Of a stretch of 64,000 bases of DNA, positions 38,581-52,171 are shown piece after piece. A program made the translations under genes and the position numbers. Below the pieces are notes generated by a model that ran no database searches, was not told where the DNA came from, and saw only the letters and a list, made by a program, of their open reading frames with translations. Origin of the DNA: Ancylonema sp. (taxonomy: Eukaryota). The stretch is from contig JBFLGF010000017.1 in NCBI GenBank assembly GCA_050230475.1, forward strand, positions 1 through 64,000, read 5' to 3'. Within the stretch, counting starts at the first letter, position 1; each line of letters starts with the position of its first letter.

Positions 38581-41500
38581 TGTTATGACGCTAGCGATCG
38601 CTTAGGCGAAACTCCTCTGTAATGATTACAAAACCCTCTATAATAATATTTCTCTATACCGAGAGTATTCGATATAACGATAATTAGAATCTGTACTATT
38701 TGATAAAAGTGTGAAGTACGAAAACTTTGTAAGAATTGAAAAAAACGCGTGGCGTATGTTCATAAGTCTAGAATCCAGTAGTTTCAACTGATAGTTGCAT
38801 GTCGGTATTTTGTTAAATTGACAATGTCACTTTCGACATATCGATATTCCCGGAAATGTAGCCAGCCGTAGATTCAGATATAAGATTTGACGTGTTTCAT
38901 CGTAGCGTCAATATATAGTTGAAAGTTTTAGAAGCCACCCTGTCGATCTCATATACAAATTAACTCTAGTTAACTTTGCCGGTTAGCACTGTGCAACAAC
39001 TTTGATAAAAGACTTTGTACTTTCATATCTGTCAGCTTCCGTTATCATGTGGCACTAAAAAGAAATCCTTCAACAAGTATTGTGTTCTCTAAGTGTGAAT
39101 ACAATAATGTACTTGCATCCTTTCGTTGACGCAACTTCGCATCGTGCTTCGTTTCGTCTCAGCCAGACTGTAAGTTGACCAAACTGTCGTGTGCAACTTG
39201 TGATTATTGTGTTTCGTATGAACTATTTATTTGAACATCATGTTGATGCTCTTACTGAGCCAGCCGTGTAATTGCTTGCAATCTCTTGTATTAATTTGTT
39301 GACGCCCTCACTGAGCCAGCGTGTGTGTGCAATCTGTCGATTCGTTGACGCTCTTACGGAGCCAGCAATTGCTTGTGTGCGTTTTACTATATTGTTTCTC
39401 TGACGCTCGCACCGAGCCGACAATTGTCGTTTACAAGTGCTCCCTAACGCTCGTACCGAGCCAGCGCTATCCGTCGGTACGATATTTCCTTCTTTACTTT
39501 CGCACCAAAAGTAACTCTTACGGTTGTTGATCTTAATAGTCTGCAACATACTATTTTGTTTGCACTGTAGTATTTCTCATAGTCTATCTGTTAGCTTGCC
39601 CTCAGCGTGAATTCCACTAGACTGCTGAGACGTATGATAGATATCTTTGATATCTTAGCAGAGACTCAATCTGTAATACCACTTAGTGAAAGCAACAGAG
39701 TACCAAACTTTGACATGATGTTATAAAAATAACTTCAAGCAATAAGAGAACATACATTCAAAAGTAGCATTGGAAAGAAACCAGCAATGACAAACTTCTG
39801 AGAAGCTTGGTACAAAGTCAAGAAGAGCCTATTGGGCGGCCGACTTCAAACCGCACGTCAACGCTGTAGTGGCCGAAATCGTCTCGATTAACGGGAGTAA
39901 TCTCGGAGCCGCCAGGCAAACGCAGGAAACATATCTCCCGCCGGCGGACCGTCACCTGCAGCTTAACCATCTTCTTGACCTATTTCGTGCGTGTGAAATA
40001 TATATTCGGCTACATATCAAACCCTACTCAAGAGAGCTAAGACATGCTCAAAATTATTTAATTGGAGATTTGTTGGATGCTTAACGCAAACGGTTGAGAT
40101 ATATACAATCATTGTGGGTTACAGTCATGAGGGTTTCTTGCGCTATCTCGCTGTTGTCCCGCGGGGAGAAGCTATAAAATACCTAGACATACACATTGCT
40201 CAATGGTTTGATTTAGCAACCGACTTTATTTAACCCAGCTACGATGTTGCCGTAGCACTTTATGTCATCGGTCAAATGTGGGTTGGTTTCCAATCTGACC
40301 GGATGTGTTGGGTTGTGCACACGCTTTCGGCCGGGGGACCAGGCCCTACTTTACCCAATGCCGGAAATGTTACCCATAACGAACTCAACGACATTTAAGA
40401 CTTCTTTCGGGAGTTGAATCTTCGCTTTGAGACTCCCACTACCAAAGCTATCGATCAGTTCGTGAGCCTTCGAGTGGAAGCACCGGACACCGTGGAAACC
40501 ATCTTTACCAAGTTCGACGACCCCGCCACTACCGTGAGGCTTCTTGGAGGCTCACAAGGCGGCAGCTAACGTCAAACGTGTACGAGATCTTGCCGGATAT
40601 TTTGCGACTCGTCATGGTCGAAACCGGGTCGGCTAACAAAGTGGACGTGGAAAGACAAAGAGTTGCCGGGCTCCCACCTATGGACCGTCATGACATCCGA
40701 GACTTCGCGTTGGAAGCAGAGCGTGAAATTTCACGAGAAACGGCCGAGCTGCGGAGTGTTGATACTATTATTGATTTCCGTGCGGCTAAAAATACACGAA
40801 ACCGTGGCTCAAGAAGCCGAAGTTTAGCTTCGAGTCATGCCCAATCAACTGCTCCGTCTACTGTGACAAATCGACTTACTATAAACCTAAAAAAAAGGTT
40901 ACAGTTTCGGGGCTTATGGGGAATATAGTGAGGACCTGCCCACCCTCTCAGCTAATAGAACGACTAGTGCTACTTATTCGCATTGTCACATTATCAATCA
41001 CACTATAGATGAGTGCAATAAAAATAAATATAGCTGACCAGGTGCCACCTCTCAGGCTAGTTAGCAAGTAGCCAGCCATTGCTATGCAAGAAGGTACGGT
41101 GATGCAGCGCGAGCAAAGTCAGCGCTTGTATTCCAGGGGTACAGTGTAGATGATAACCATATCTTGCAAGGTTGCTAGCTTCCTCTCAAATGTGCTTTGA
41201 GATTGCAAAAGTACTATAGATGCTTTCGAAGAACCTGCTCCAAGAGGGTCTTCCACAATTGTAGGAATGAAAGTAGTATGGGATCCGGAAACTCATGAGC
41301 CGAATAGGCACAAAGAGGTCAACCCATCTTATTTTGAGCTTGCTTGCCTCTATTGGAGAAAGGCTTGCAAGATAACACGTTCTAGTTGTACTTACCGTCC
41401 TAAACACTTCCCTTCCTCGCACTTGAGAAGCTCCAAGTACTGTTGCAAATCCTCTTCCTGGTATAGATCCTAGCACTGCAACTCCTATTTCCCATGCAAA

Positions 41501-43450
41501 TTCCCCTCCTCCACCTCCAGATCCACCCTTGTTATTCTTATTGGGGTACCTGATGAAGAAGTTGTTCTAGTTCCAGCATTGCCAGCATCTGAGATGAGGG
41601 AGCCGGCTATGGGACGTGAGTATGGAAAATTAGGTGACACTAACAAATATCAAAGAAGCTTTGAAGTTTGAGCTTTTGGAGATCTGGAGCCTAAATATGT
41701 GAACGAGGAAAAGCCTCCAGATGAGGAGTTGCATTCGGATCCCGTTTAAGGAGGTAGTTGAGATAGCAATAGGGAGTGCAAAGGAAGTTGATCATCTTTT
41801 GAAGCCGATTATTTCACCTCTCAGGGTGGTGATCCAGGAAACCAATTTTGCATTTGTTAAGGATGCAGCGCATGTGTTCACTGTTGGGGGGGTGACGTAT
41901 AGTTGAGATAAAGTGTAGCCAGATCCAAACTTGGTGGCCGACATGAAGACTCCCCACTCCCCACATAAAAGTGGTTTTAGAGTGACCTCCCCTCCACCTT
42001 TCCCCTCTCAATCGTGCCATGCAAGCTAGACTGCATGCTTTCCCAACACGTGCAAGATCTTCTGCTTGACCTCTCGTACGGTGTGCGAGTCAATCGTAAC
42101 CTCAAAAACACAATATGTTGGAAGCACATCACGATGCCGAATGAGGCAGGATTGCTAGCATTGAATGGGACTCTTCTTGATGATGTGATGGTGGACAACT
42201 GCAAACTTTGTGATGATAGGCAAGAAGCAAGCACAACGAATGCGCCTCACAAATGGAGATCTGGATGATATCAATCCGTGCGTCCTGAGAGATGGCACCA
42301 CCTCTAGGAGTAGAGGAGTCACAAACGAGATTATTAGGTGGCTATTAAGTTATTTTTTGAGACAATTTCCTAGTTGTACTGCTTTGTCGATGTGTTATAA
42401 AACAACTATGATGTGTGGCTAGGCACACACTCTATCAGCAAAGTCTTTATCTCGTTGAGTCTCCGGTATGGATACTTGGAAGTGTGTCCTCACTAGAAGA
42501 CCGAGGGTACGAAGTCCGCAAAAGTGCCCTCGGACCTTTACGTGTCGCCTAGCTAGCCTCAAAATCCCGCGGTCAAGGTCAGTGTTAGATAGACAACACG
42601 TTCCCTCCATTCATAGACCTTCACAAAATCATAAACTAGGGTCAGGGTGAGCAGGATAAGCGGCGTGCGATCTGCCTCGTGGAGAACGTCTGCGTCCGCG
42701 AGGATATTAGAGAGATGGTGAACAACTGCATTTCGTGCACACGCGCGAAGGCAGCCTTTACAGACCCTCAACACCAACTTCAACCCCTTCCCATCAAAGG
42801 CCTAGGCTACACAATGACCTAACAAAAGGGCATCGGATACGGATGCCTTCTACATCTTGCTTGGCCGCCAACCTATTTTTCAAGAGTTAGAGGAGGAACA
42901 ATTTCCTAAGTTAGATGATCCTCAAGCCGTTCGACTCTTTTTGGATACGCGGGGCTACGTTTTTGAGCACGTCATGCCGCTGGCTATGCGCAACTTGGCG
43001 ATATCGCAACACAGGGACAAGATGCGGTTCGTGAAGGTGCGGGGGGCACCTTGGGGGGCTCCAAAGACGGCGATCGAAGGAAGCGACTTCGTGATCGTGA
43101 AGAGGAAAGCTTTGGATCCTCTAGACGGGCCCACGGCCTCCCATATTTTACAAGTCGTGAGCGTAAATCCGTAAAAAATGGTAGGTCTCCAAGGGCACGA
43201 CGCAATCAAAATTGAGGAGCGAATCAAGACCGTGGCCCCTTGTTCATTTCCCATCAAATACAATATTTATACCCGGAGCGCTTCTTTAGCGGAGATCTAG
43301 TTCACTGTCGGGAGTGTGGGAGTAGGGAGAAGGAGCAGCACATGGTGTTTTGTGATCGGTGCCAATCTGGGTTTCATATTTGGTGCTTGACCCCACCCGT
43401 AGAAGATATTCCTTAAGGCCGCTGGGTGTGTCATTGTCACTAGTTGTTGG
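38581..43450 (+). mobile_element. Decayed Ty3/Gypsy element: 5' LTR (~38581-39715), gag remnant, integrase remnant with C-terminal PHD finger
   Basis: LTR shared with 26243-27471; degenerate knuckle SHCHIINHTIDEC (~40980-41020); integrase Zn region VNNCISCTRAKAAF...LQPLPIKGLG (~42700-42810); LLGRQP..AMRNLAISQHRD; PHD at 43306-43443. Confidence 0.7.
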
Positions 43451-43969
43451 GGGGGGAAGTGCTTTGAAGTGTTGCTATCTTGGGGGGGGCTCTTCTTGCC
43501 CTTTGGCTCCAAACTCATGCTAGTGTCGCCACTGCACATTAGTTTGGAGGAGGGGAGTAAAACCATCTTAGGTTGTTGTGATGTTGACGTAGTGTGCTCG
43601 CTCAATATGCATTCTAGTGTGTGATGGTGTGAGTTGCACGTAAGTACTTGGTGTAGTGCTTGCGATGCGATGTTCGGAACGTGGACGGTCTTTGCCGCAT
43701 GTCTTCTTTTGTGCTCTTTTGCTGTTTCGTTAGCATGCACGTTACGCAAACGTGTAGTACGTGCGGGTGATGTCATCGGTACATATCCGTACGACAAGCT
43801 CCTCAGCCATGGGCTGAGGATCCCCGCCTATCGACATTACTATAATCCGACTCTCATTAGTGTGGTTGGAAGGGGTGGAGCCTAGTGGAGGCATAGTAGC
43901 ACCGGGACGGGGCCAGTAGTCCGGATGGCACGTTTGTAGTACGGGCCGATAACAATCTGCCGTCCCTGG

Positions 43970-44155
43970 CAAATGCAAACGTCGTACGGATTTGCTCGCA
44001 AACGTCCGCAAAACGTCCGTGAAATGCGGCAAACTTGTACGGATTGTGCGTATGCAAACGTTTGCGATCGCAAACTTCCGAAATACGTCCATGAAATGTG
44101 GCAAATGTGTACGGATTGCACGGATGCAAACGTTTGCGATCGCAAACGTTTGCGT
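43970..44155. repeat. ~72-bp imperfect tandem repeat containing a perfect 28-bp palindrome
   Basis: GCAAACGTTTGCGATCGCAAACGTTTGC at 44126-44153; related unit at 44030-44080. Confidence 0.75.
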
Positions 44156-44211
44156 GTATTGTTTTGTTTTGCTTTTTATTTTTTCACTAAATCAAATAAA
44201 CCATATTCCAT

Positions 44212-44844
44212 GGGAATTGTTAGGCGCACTGCAAGAAGTGTTGCGCGCATTGCAGTCGTATTCGACTGAATCTTAATTTCTGCTCGACGCAACTCAAACA
44301 ATTGTAGGCCGCAAGTTCCGAATCCTGACTAGGACACACTGTCGTATTCTAAATATATTTTCTGCGCGACACGATGCAAACTGACGGCGATCGGACGGCC
44401 GGCCAGCGGCCAGTCGATCGTTTGGTTATTTGTACAGGGGTGATGCGTCACGTCGGCTCACATTTCAGATGTGTGATTTACGGGCTATGATCGATCATGG
44501 GGTTATGAAGTACGGGATAACGGGTGTCTTCCTTCCTTTCGAGATCCAAGATTTCTGGGGTTATGGAGCACGTGGCGTGTAGAGGGGTCACTCCCCTGCC
44601 CATAACTCTGAAATAACCAATCTACCTCGCAGATCTCCACGGTCGACGGCCGTCAGACTAGCCGACTTGTACGGAAATAATTTTGAAACGTCGGGTTCGG
44701 GCGTCAGGCGTCAAGCGTAGCCGACGGCCAGGATTCAGAATCCTACGGCCCAGAATTGTTTGGGTTGCGTCGCCAATAATTAGGATTCGGTCGAATACGA
44801 CTGCAGTGCGCGCAACACTTCTTGTAGTGCGCCTAACACTTCCC
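44212..44844. mobile_element. Mutator-like (MULE) non-autonomous element with long TIRs
   Basis: >=120-bp imperfect TIRs starting GGGAA.TGTTAGGCGCACT.CAAGAAGTGTTGCGCGCA; imperfect 9-bp TSD ATATTCCAT/ATATTTTAT. Confidence 0.8.
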
Positions 44845-45759
44845 ATATTTTATCTCTTCTTTGCCGACACCATGTTGTGCGAATTAGTTCCTACATTATT
44901 GTAATTATCAACTTTTTAGAGAGCATTGTAGTGATGGTGTAGTTGCAATTACGCCACGTGTCGGACGAGTCGCAAATTGGTGATGAATAGTGGGTGGAGG
45001 TACAAGTTGACAAGCTGACTGTGGAATGTGTCTTGTGAGGACTTCGATAACTAGTATCATCTTCTCGCCGCCAAGTACCTATACTCGCCACTAAGTATCT
45101 AACCAAACCCCATACGAATAACGTGTAGCATAGGTACACCTATGAAGGTGCCAACCGAAAGGACATTGTTAGCCAAATCGTAGACATACACCTACACCTA
45201 CACTTTCAATGTAGGCGTAAAGTATAGGTGACGTGCCTGATGGAGTCGGCAAACAGCTTGTCGACGAAATCTCACAAAAAATTAAAAAACGACATATTTT
45301 GGGAAATTCTGGAAAACATGATTTTTTGTAGTTTTCTTCGCCGATGATGGTGGGTTGTAGTTGATAACTTGGCTTCCATGGATTTTGCAGCGTGTTGATT
45401 AGATTTGGAGTCATTATCTCGTCTCAATTTGTTGATTCAGTCTCAATTGGTAGAAGTCGAAATGGATATCTACAACTATATGTGACTCATCAGTGGACTT
45501 CACAAAAGTTACTGCTCACCGATGGCTGAGATGCCCTCGATGCAATACACTCGAGGTCAAGAGTGTAGGATCAATCAAGAAATACACATGCACTATTTCA
45601 CAACTTGCGACAGTTGATGCAAAAGATTTATGGGCAAATAGCCTTTGAATTTCTACAGATGGAATTGGAGAGTATGATAGAAGCTTCGGGATACGCGCAA
45701 ACACTTGATAATATCAGACGATGCGATGATCCTACATTGCACGGCGAAAGTCACCTACG

Positions 45760-45890
45760 TCTTCGCTAGTAAAACCTTGTCCGACCGTCCAAGTTTAAGA
45801 TGGGATTGTGGCGGGAAGGATGGGACGTGTTACTCCATTTGCTAAGCCTTGCAAAATTATCGGACTCGACAGTAATAAGTAATTTGCGGC
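45760..45890 (-). repeat. Unclassified dispersed repeat, inverted copy at ~58350-58470
   Basis: Reverse complement of GCGGGAAGGATGGGACGTGTTACTCCATTTGCTAAGCCTTGCAAAATTATCGGACTC aligns with 58370-58430. Confidence 0.65.
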
Positions 45891-46996
45891 TGCAAGGCCA
45901 TACTTCATATGTGTCCAAGTCTCTATAAGTTGCGGGCCACAGGTTCCGTCTTTTGATGCCAAAAAGAACCATACCGTCACGTAGGGAGGAGGAGACATGG
46001 AGCCAAGTTCGCATTTTGGTCCATCACTCTGAAGGTGATCTTGACGTCGAGTGTTGTCATTGTCTCAATAAATCAAGGAAAGTTGCACTATAATTATAAA
46101 ACACCTGGTAGGCTCGTCTGCTGGCAAATCGAACATATCGCGATGAACTTAAGTGCCTCTCAATGTCCTCAACTCACTCAATGGCCACAAGAATCTGAAG
46201 GAACCCTCAATGGGAGAAAAACATAAGAATTCCCGGATGGAAAAACAAAAGTCCCTATAGGCACAAACACACAACTCGATTTAAGGACAAAGGCGTTAGT
46301 AGCGCCCTAGGGCTAGTAGTGCTAAGTGTAGCAACCTCGCTAAGGAATACAACAAGACGGCTCAAAGCATGAGGACGCGATCTACCGTACACTACGTGGT
46401 GAAGCTTGAAGTAAACGATTCTGGTGACGTCAACGCAATGGGTGGTCACAAAACTTGCAAGGGTCATGACACTTGCGAGGGTAAAGGGATTCTGGCTATG
46501 CAAGCGACAGAATAAATCAAATTACACACAAAACGGTGTGGAGCATTCACTTGAGATACAGACAGCACGCACAAATAAGCAATCGGAATTTATGAACTTA
46601 TGGCTAGGGAAGCGACGCGAAGCTCATACAATTCTGGTACGGAGTTAAAAGGTGAACGGCGCTGATGACATGAAGAAGATGGAAATATTGAGAACACTCA
46701 GATTGCAAAAATATCTCTCAAAATTCGACAACATTAACTTACAGCGGAAGTTGAAAGTTGTGAGCAACAACTTTGCTATTAAACAATCGACGCGGCTTTC
46801 CGCACGCGGAGTTTTCTACATCATATCTTGATCTAAGGCTGAGAAAACTTATCGACTAGACATGACATCTGGACTGTCCATTATTGGATCTTATCTTAGG
46901 CACGTGCGACGGCTCACTAAACTGGCTGGCATTCTGGTGTTAGCTCAGCGCGCACTATGAATCTTTAAACTCGTCTAAAACGCCGATAGGTTATAC

Positions 46997-47354
46997 CATA
47001 GATATACCCGCCCGCGGGCGGTACCACCCGCGGGCGCCGCCCGGCCGCCCGTTCCGCGCGCGCTGAATTTCGGAATTTCAGGAAAGCAAGTTAAAAAAAG
47101 CATAGCTTCTAGACGTTTTATGATATTCTTAAAAAAAAAAAGTTTAATGTAGATGAAACTATTTTGTTGATATTAGCACTTTTTAGTTTTTTATTCCGAT
47201 CAATATGGAGTTTTAAAAACTGAATACACCAGAACCCTAAAAAAGCTCTATATACCCGCACGCCACGTGGACAGTCCCGCCTGCGTGCCGCCCGCGGGCA
47301 GCACCGCCTGCGGGCGCCGCGCGGCGGAGATTTTGACGGGCGTGTACATCTATG
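46997..47354. mobile_element. hAT-type MITE (CATAG family)
   Basis: TIR CATAGATATACCCGCCCG / CGGGCGTGTACATCTATG; imperfect 8-bp TSD GGTTATAC/GGCTAGAC; highly similar to 24177-24566. Confidence 0.88.
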
Positions 47355-47643
47355 GGCTAGACTACTCGGAATACTACATACTTCATACTTGGAATTAACT
47401 TTTGAAAAATGGTACACCGACTTTCTTCAATATTCTGAACACGAAAAAAATAATAGTGTTTCATCCGAGCTACAATTGACCACTTATTACAACAAGTTCA
47501 ATTTAGCGGCTAAAATCGACATAGTATTGGAACTCGCTATATTTTGAGGAACTCGTCACAAAAGAATTGTTCCGAACGATCTCTAGCGGCATGACATAAG
47601 TGTACCACGTACGGTTACGGGTTGATTCGTTACGGGTTGGTTC

Positions 47644-50600
47644 GAGTGTTACCATCATCCATGATAACTTCTTTACACCAATAGCTTCAATCTTCATAAT
47701 CAAACTTATTCACCACATTCCATACAAGAGAGTCGAGTCGTGATTGCAAAGAGTCTAATTGTATATTATGGCGGCCGCAACTTGGCCTAAGTAAACATGC
47801 CTTGTCGGATGTATCGTTCTAACGAATACTTGCTAAAATGTCTAGCAAGAAGGCATATTGCCACACAACCGATATAACGAATATTCTCAATACAACAAAG
47901 TTTTTACCCAATTCTCACACCCCCTCCGTAGAAACTTTGGCATACCCCCTCCAAAAATCATGTCATTGATATCGATTTTTCATATCAAAGCTCCCCCCCC
48001 CCCCAAATTAACTACCCCCTCCCAATCAAAAGTGCCCCCTCCTAAACAGGAAGGCCCCCCCACCCCTTCCAAGCATAACTCCTAAGGAGCAGCAACAAGA
48101 CCAATCATGTCACAGTTTGCCTGAAGGATGTTAACGGGGACTGCCCTAGTGAGCAAATTAGGGCTGAAACTCACTCTTAATAAAAGTACAACTTGATCAA
48201 TCTTTTGGCTACCCTCTCCCGAATAGAGTGCCACTTCAACTCAATATGCTTGGATCGACGATGAAATATTGGGTTCTCTCCCCGTCCCCCCCCTTCCCAT
48301 GCGTGTGGCCTCATCATTTCCATGACTTCTGTCCGAGTACCACCAGACAGACAGCTCTCCCCCACACAGGTACAGCAGCAGCAGCTGAATTCCTTTGCGA
48401 CCACCCGCGCCTTGATTTTCTCCACCTCCCCAGTAGCATTCTTCTTCACCCCGAAGACCCACTTGGATTTGACTACCTTCACCCCAAGAGGGCAAGCCAC
48501 TACCAGAAAGACCTTGTTCTCCTCCGGGGTGGAAGAAGTCATGGCAGCTTGCCAGCTCTCACTTTCTAGAGATATGATAGCGGCTTCGACACATTCTGGC
48601 GTGCTGACCTCTTGCGCCACGTGTGCAACGTACCCTGCCACGATTCTGACAGGGGGAATGCCAGAGTTCACCTTGCCAGATCGGCGGGTAGGTGGGGGAG
48701 GGGCGAGGGTGCTCCCAGCTGCCCCACCCGCATCCCCAACCCCAGCTCCAGCGGTTGCCCTTAACCCAGCCCCAGCAGCAGCCCCAACCCCGCCACCTCC
48801 TGCGGGACCAACCCCAACTGGATTCTCAGCGTCTGCATCGCTGGGATACCATTTGGGGCCGTCCTCCAGCTGCTCGTCCAGGTAGCTATCCCTGCTCGAG
48901 TTACCAACCAGGTCAGGTAGATCGTGGTCCTGACAGGGAGGAAGGTCCTGACGCTGAGGTAAGGGAGTCCCCACAGCGTCAGGAATTGCCGCGTCCCCGC
49001 CCCCTCTCCTATCCCCAGTTGCGCCCGCTGCACCAGGGCCTGCGGCTGCAGCTTCAGCTCCCCCCATCCTAGTTGCGTCTGCCCCTGCCTGCCAATCTCC
49101 AGCCCCGCCAGAACTCCAACCTCCACCTCCACCACCCCCACCTCCAGCACCCCCACCTCCCCCTACCTCGCCAGGGCCTTCAGCTCCAGCTCCCGCAGCA
49201 CCCTGGCCGCCATGGCCAGCTCCCCCTGCGGGTCGCGGTGAAACATGCCACTAAAGCTCCTCCGGGGTCTTCGGGAGACCCGCGACCTGGTAGCAATTGC
49301 GGAGGTAGGAGCCGAAGTAGGTGGCGCCCTAGAGGCCAGAAGGGAGTTTCATACCGGCCAACATGGACCGAGAGCGGTCTTAGAGCGTTTTGTTCATGCG
49401 CTCGGTGATGCCGTTGGCCTGAGGAGTGTGCTAGGGAATAGGCTCGTGACTCGTTCCCCGATGTCGGAGCCAGAGTTGAAAGCTCCCGACCATAAACTCC
49501 CCTCCGTCATCAGAATCGGCGAATTTGCGAGGGTGCGGCCTGTCGAGCGCTTTCCCAATTTTACAGCCCTCGTAGTTGTCGCCCTGTAGCCCCCTCACCA
49601 GATTTGCATTCGCCATGGCCCTGAGCACGCGCTCATTCGCGTGCCCCTCTCGCACGTGCAGGCGGTCGACGTCTACATCGGCAACCGCAACTTCCCCTTC
49701 GCAGGGGATTTTGCGAATCTGAGGACTGCAGATAAGGGTGTGGCGGCCTGCCACGCTTTCCCGAATCGTCGCAACCTGCTTGCCGTCCTCGTGCAGCAGA
49801 GGGAATATCTAGCCTCGTTTCCCAACACAGGTGTAGCTCCACTTGGCGTGCCGCATCCGTTGCCCGCTGATGAGATCCAGGCGCATCCCAGGAATGTACA
49901 CGCAGTTGTGGAGGGTGATGCCGCCACATTCTCCATGCGTCGTCAAGTGGACAATCCCCCTCTGTTTCACCTGGACCGTACCCTAGAGTTGCCTGAGCAC
50001 CAGCTCGTGCGGAATGTCCTCGATGGTCGAGAAGTGGCTGATGTTGCCGTCTGTGTGGTAATTGCCCCCCTCGTCAATCAGAAATTCCGAATTGCCGTCC
50101 AGATCCCCGACGCAGACTTCGCCAACACAGATTTCGCCATGTCCGAGGTCCAGGTCCTCGAATTCTCCGACCAGGGCGTTTTTTTGTTTTCCGGTAGCGC
50201 GTCGGCCGGGCGGCACACCATTTTTTTTGTCGTAGCAGCACCGTGCATTGTGGCCAATGGCCTCGCAGTGATTGCAGATCTGTCCCTTGTCAAGGCATTC
50301 TCTCCTGATGTGACCGGAGATCCCGCACGAGTAACACGTGACGGTGCCCCTGCGACCAGGGCTTCAGCCTTAGCCGTTGATTTCTCCTGAGCATCCTCGA
50401 GCTCGATGCGAGTGAGCTCACCCCAGATCCAGCTCAAGCCAGGTGGCTCAACCTGCGAGAAGTATGTCGCCCTCAGGATTCCGTACTCCTTGCACGGCAT
50501 CCCCGCAAAGAGCGCCATGACCTTGTCCTCCTTGCTGATGACGTGACCAACCGGCAGCTGGTATTCCAGGGCCTCTATGATAGCCGTGAACTCATTCCTA

Positions 50601-51295
50601 GTGTCCCGTACACTCTTAGATTCGTCGATTTTGAACGAGTTTAGCTTTTTCTTGGTGAGTTGCCTAAGCTCAAGCGAGACTTGATCATAATCCCAAATCA
50701 GCTTGTCCCACATCCCCTTTGGGTCCCGGTCCTTCCGGTATTTTTCCAAACCACGCGCGATGTTGTTGCTCACGAGCGACATGATGAGCATGACCGCGCG
50801 CTTGCATTTCTTCCGGTACAATTTCAGGTCCTCCGTGTAGTCTTCCATCTCATCATAATTTGCTCGATTGGGCAATACCTCCTCGGGCTCCAACTCAGTC
50901 CCCTCACACACTTCTAAACAATCCTCATTGTATTAAATTGCGCATGTTATCGACCGCCATGCCTGAAATGGCACGCGGTCGCCATCCAAGATCGTATATC
51001 TTGCTCTGATACCACTGTGAGTTATTACCATTATCCATGATGCCTTCTTTACACCAATAGCTTCAATCTTCAGAATCAAACTTATTCACCACATGCCATT
51101 CAAGAGAGTCGAGTCTTGATTGCAAAGAGTCCGATTGAATATTATGGCGGCCGCAACTTGGCCTAAGTAAACATGCCTTGTCGGATGTATCGTTCTAACG
51201 AATAATTGCTAAAATATATAGCAAGAAGGCATGTTGCCACAAAATCGATATAACGAATATTCTCAATGCAACAAAGTTTTTAGCCAATTCTCACA
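47644..51295 (-). mobile_element. Non-autonomous Ty1/Copia element with short (~280 bp) LTRs (47644-47919, 51016-51295), most of RT and integrase deleted
   Basis: PBS TGGTATCAGAGC (51003-51014, minus); gag ORF 50078-50911; RT start VVKSKWVF..KARVVAK joined almost directly to RNase H end HRRSKHIELKWH; PPT at 47920; TSD-like GGTTC/CGTTC. Confidence 0.9.
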
Positions 51296-52171
51296 CGTTC
51301 TGGAATAACCATACCCGTTAGCTGAAATTTTCGGTATGAAGTATATGCATGAATGTATCTAGCCGGATGGAAGCACCACGAATGGCTTGGAAAATGTAAG
51401 GAATTCGGAGTAAGAATTATTTTTTGCCGTATGGGTGTAACTGTGCTTGTAACCACGGACCTGAATTCAACAAGTGAGCCGGTCCGCCGTAGTCCGCTTT
51501 CTGGGTAATTTTGGATTGGAGTAGGCTTCATTAAGTTGTGGGGCACGATGGGGCTGGGTGGGGCGGCGGGGATAGGGTAACCCGTAGCATAAGGATGTGC
51601 CCAATCCCTTATGAAGAGGCACAAACAACGCACAAAGGAAAGTGCAAACATAGTAACATATCGTCATGTCTTCTAATGCACCATCGTCGATTACAGTTTA
51701 GTGGTACTGAAGTCAAGCCAACCACCAATGTCCAAGCGTGAATATGCATCTAGGTTTGCATAATTAAATGCGTACAGGTGCATCTTCTTGGCTCAAGAGA
51801 CTCGACACAATCCATTAGATCTCTAAAATCTACCACACAAGGCCCTAGCAAGGGCATGGAAATGGAGTCCTCTCACATCCTGTAGGGTTTGGTATCAACG
51901 AATATCTTCGCCCTACAAATCAACTCACTCCTCATCCTATAGTTGTCTACTACTTGTTGCCAAAGAGCACAACATGAACACATTGACAACGTCCACCGTG
52001 GCACATACCGCTAAACTTGCCACGAATGGCTTGGCCGCAAAACTACTTTACTTTTTACACATGAGCTTAACAGTGTGACAACCTCTCACACTACTTGTAT
52101 GGCCTATTGGTGGATATTGTTGTGGTCTTGTCGAGCAACAACAACCCACTAACTCACATTATCCATTCGAA

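Noticed and set aside
49641..50390. 249-aa plus-strand ORF and similar long ORFs at 19746-20327, 5530-6075, 29162-29728
   Set aside because: Antisense shadows of Copia or host coding regions with no motifs of their own.
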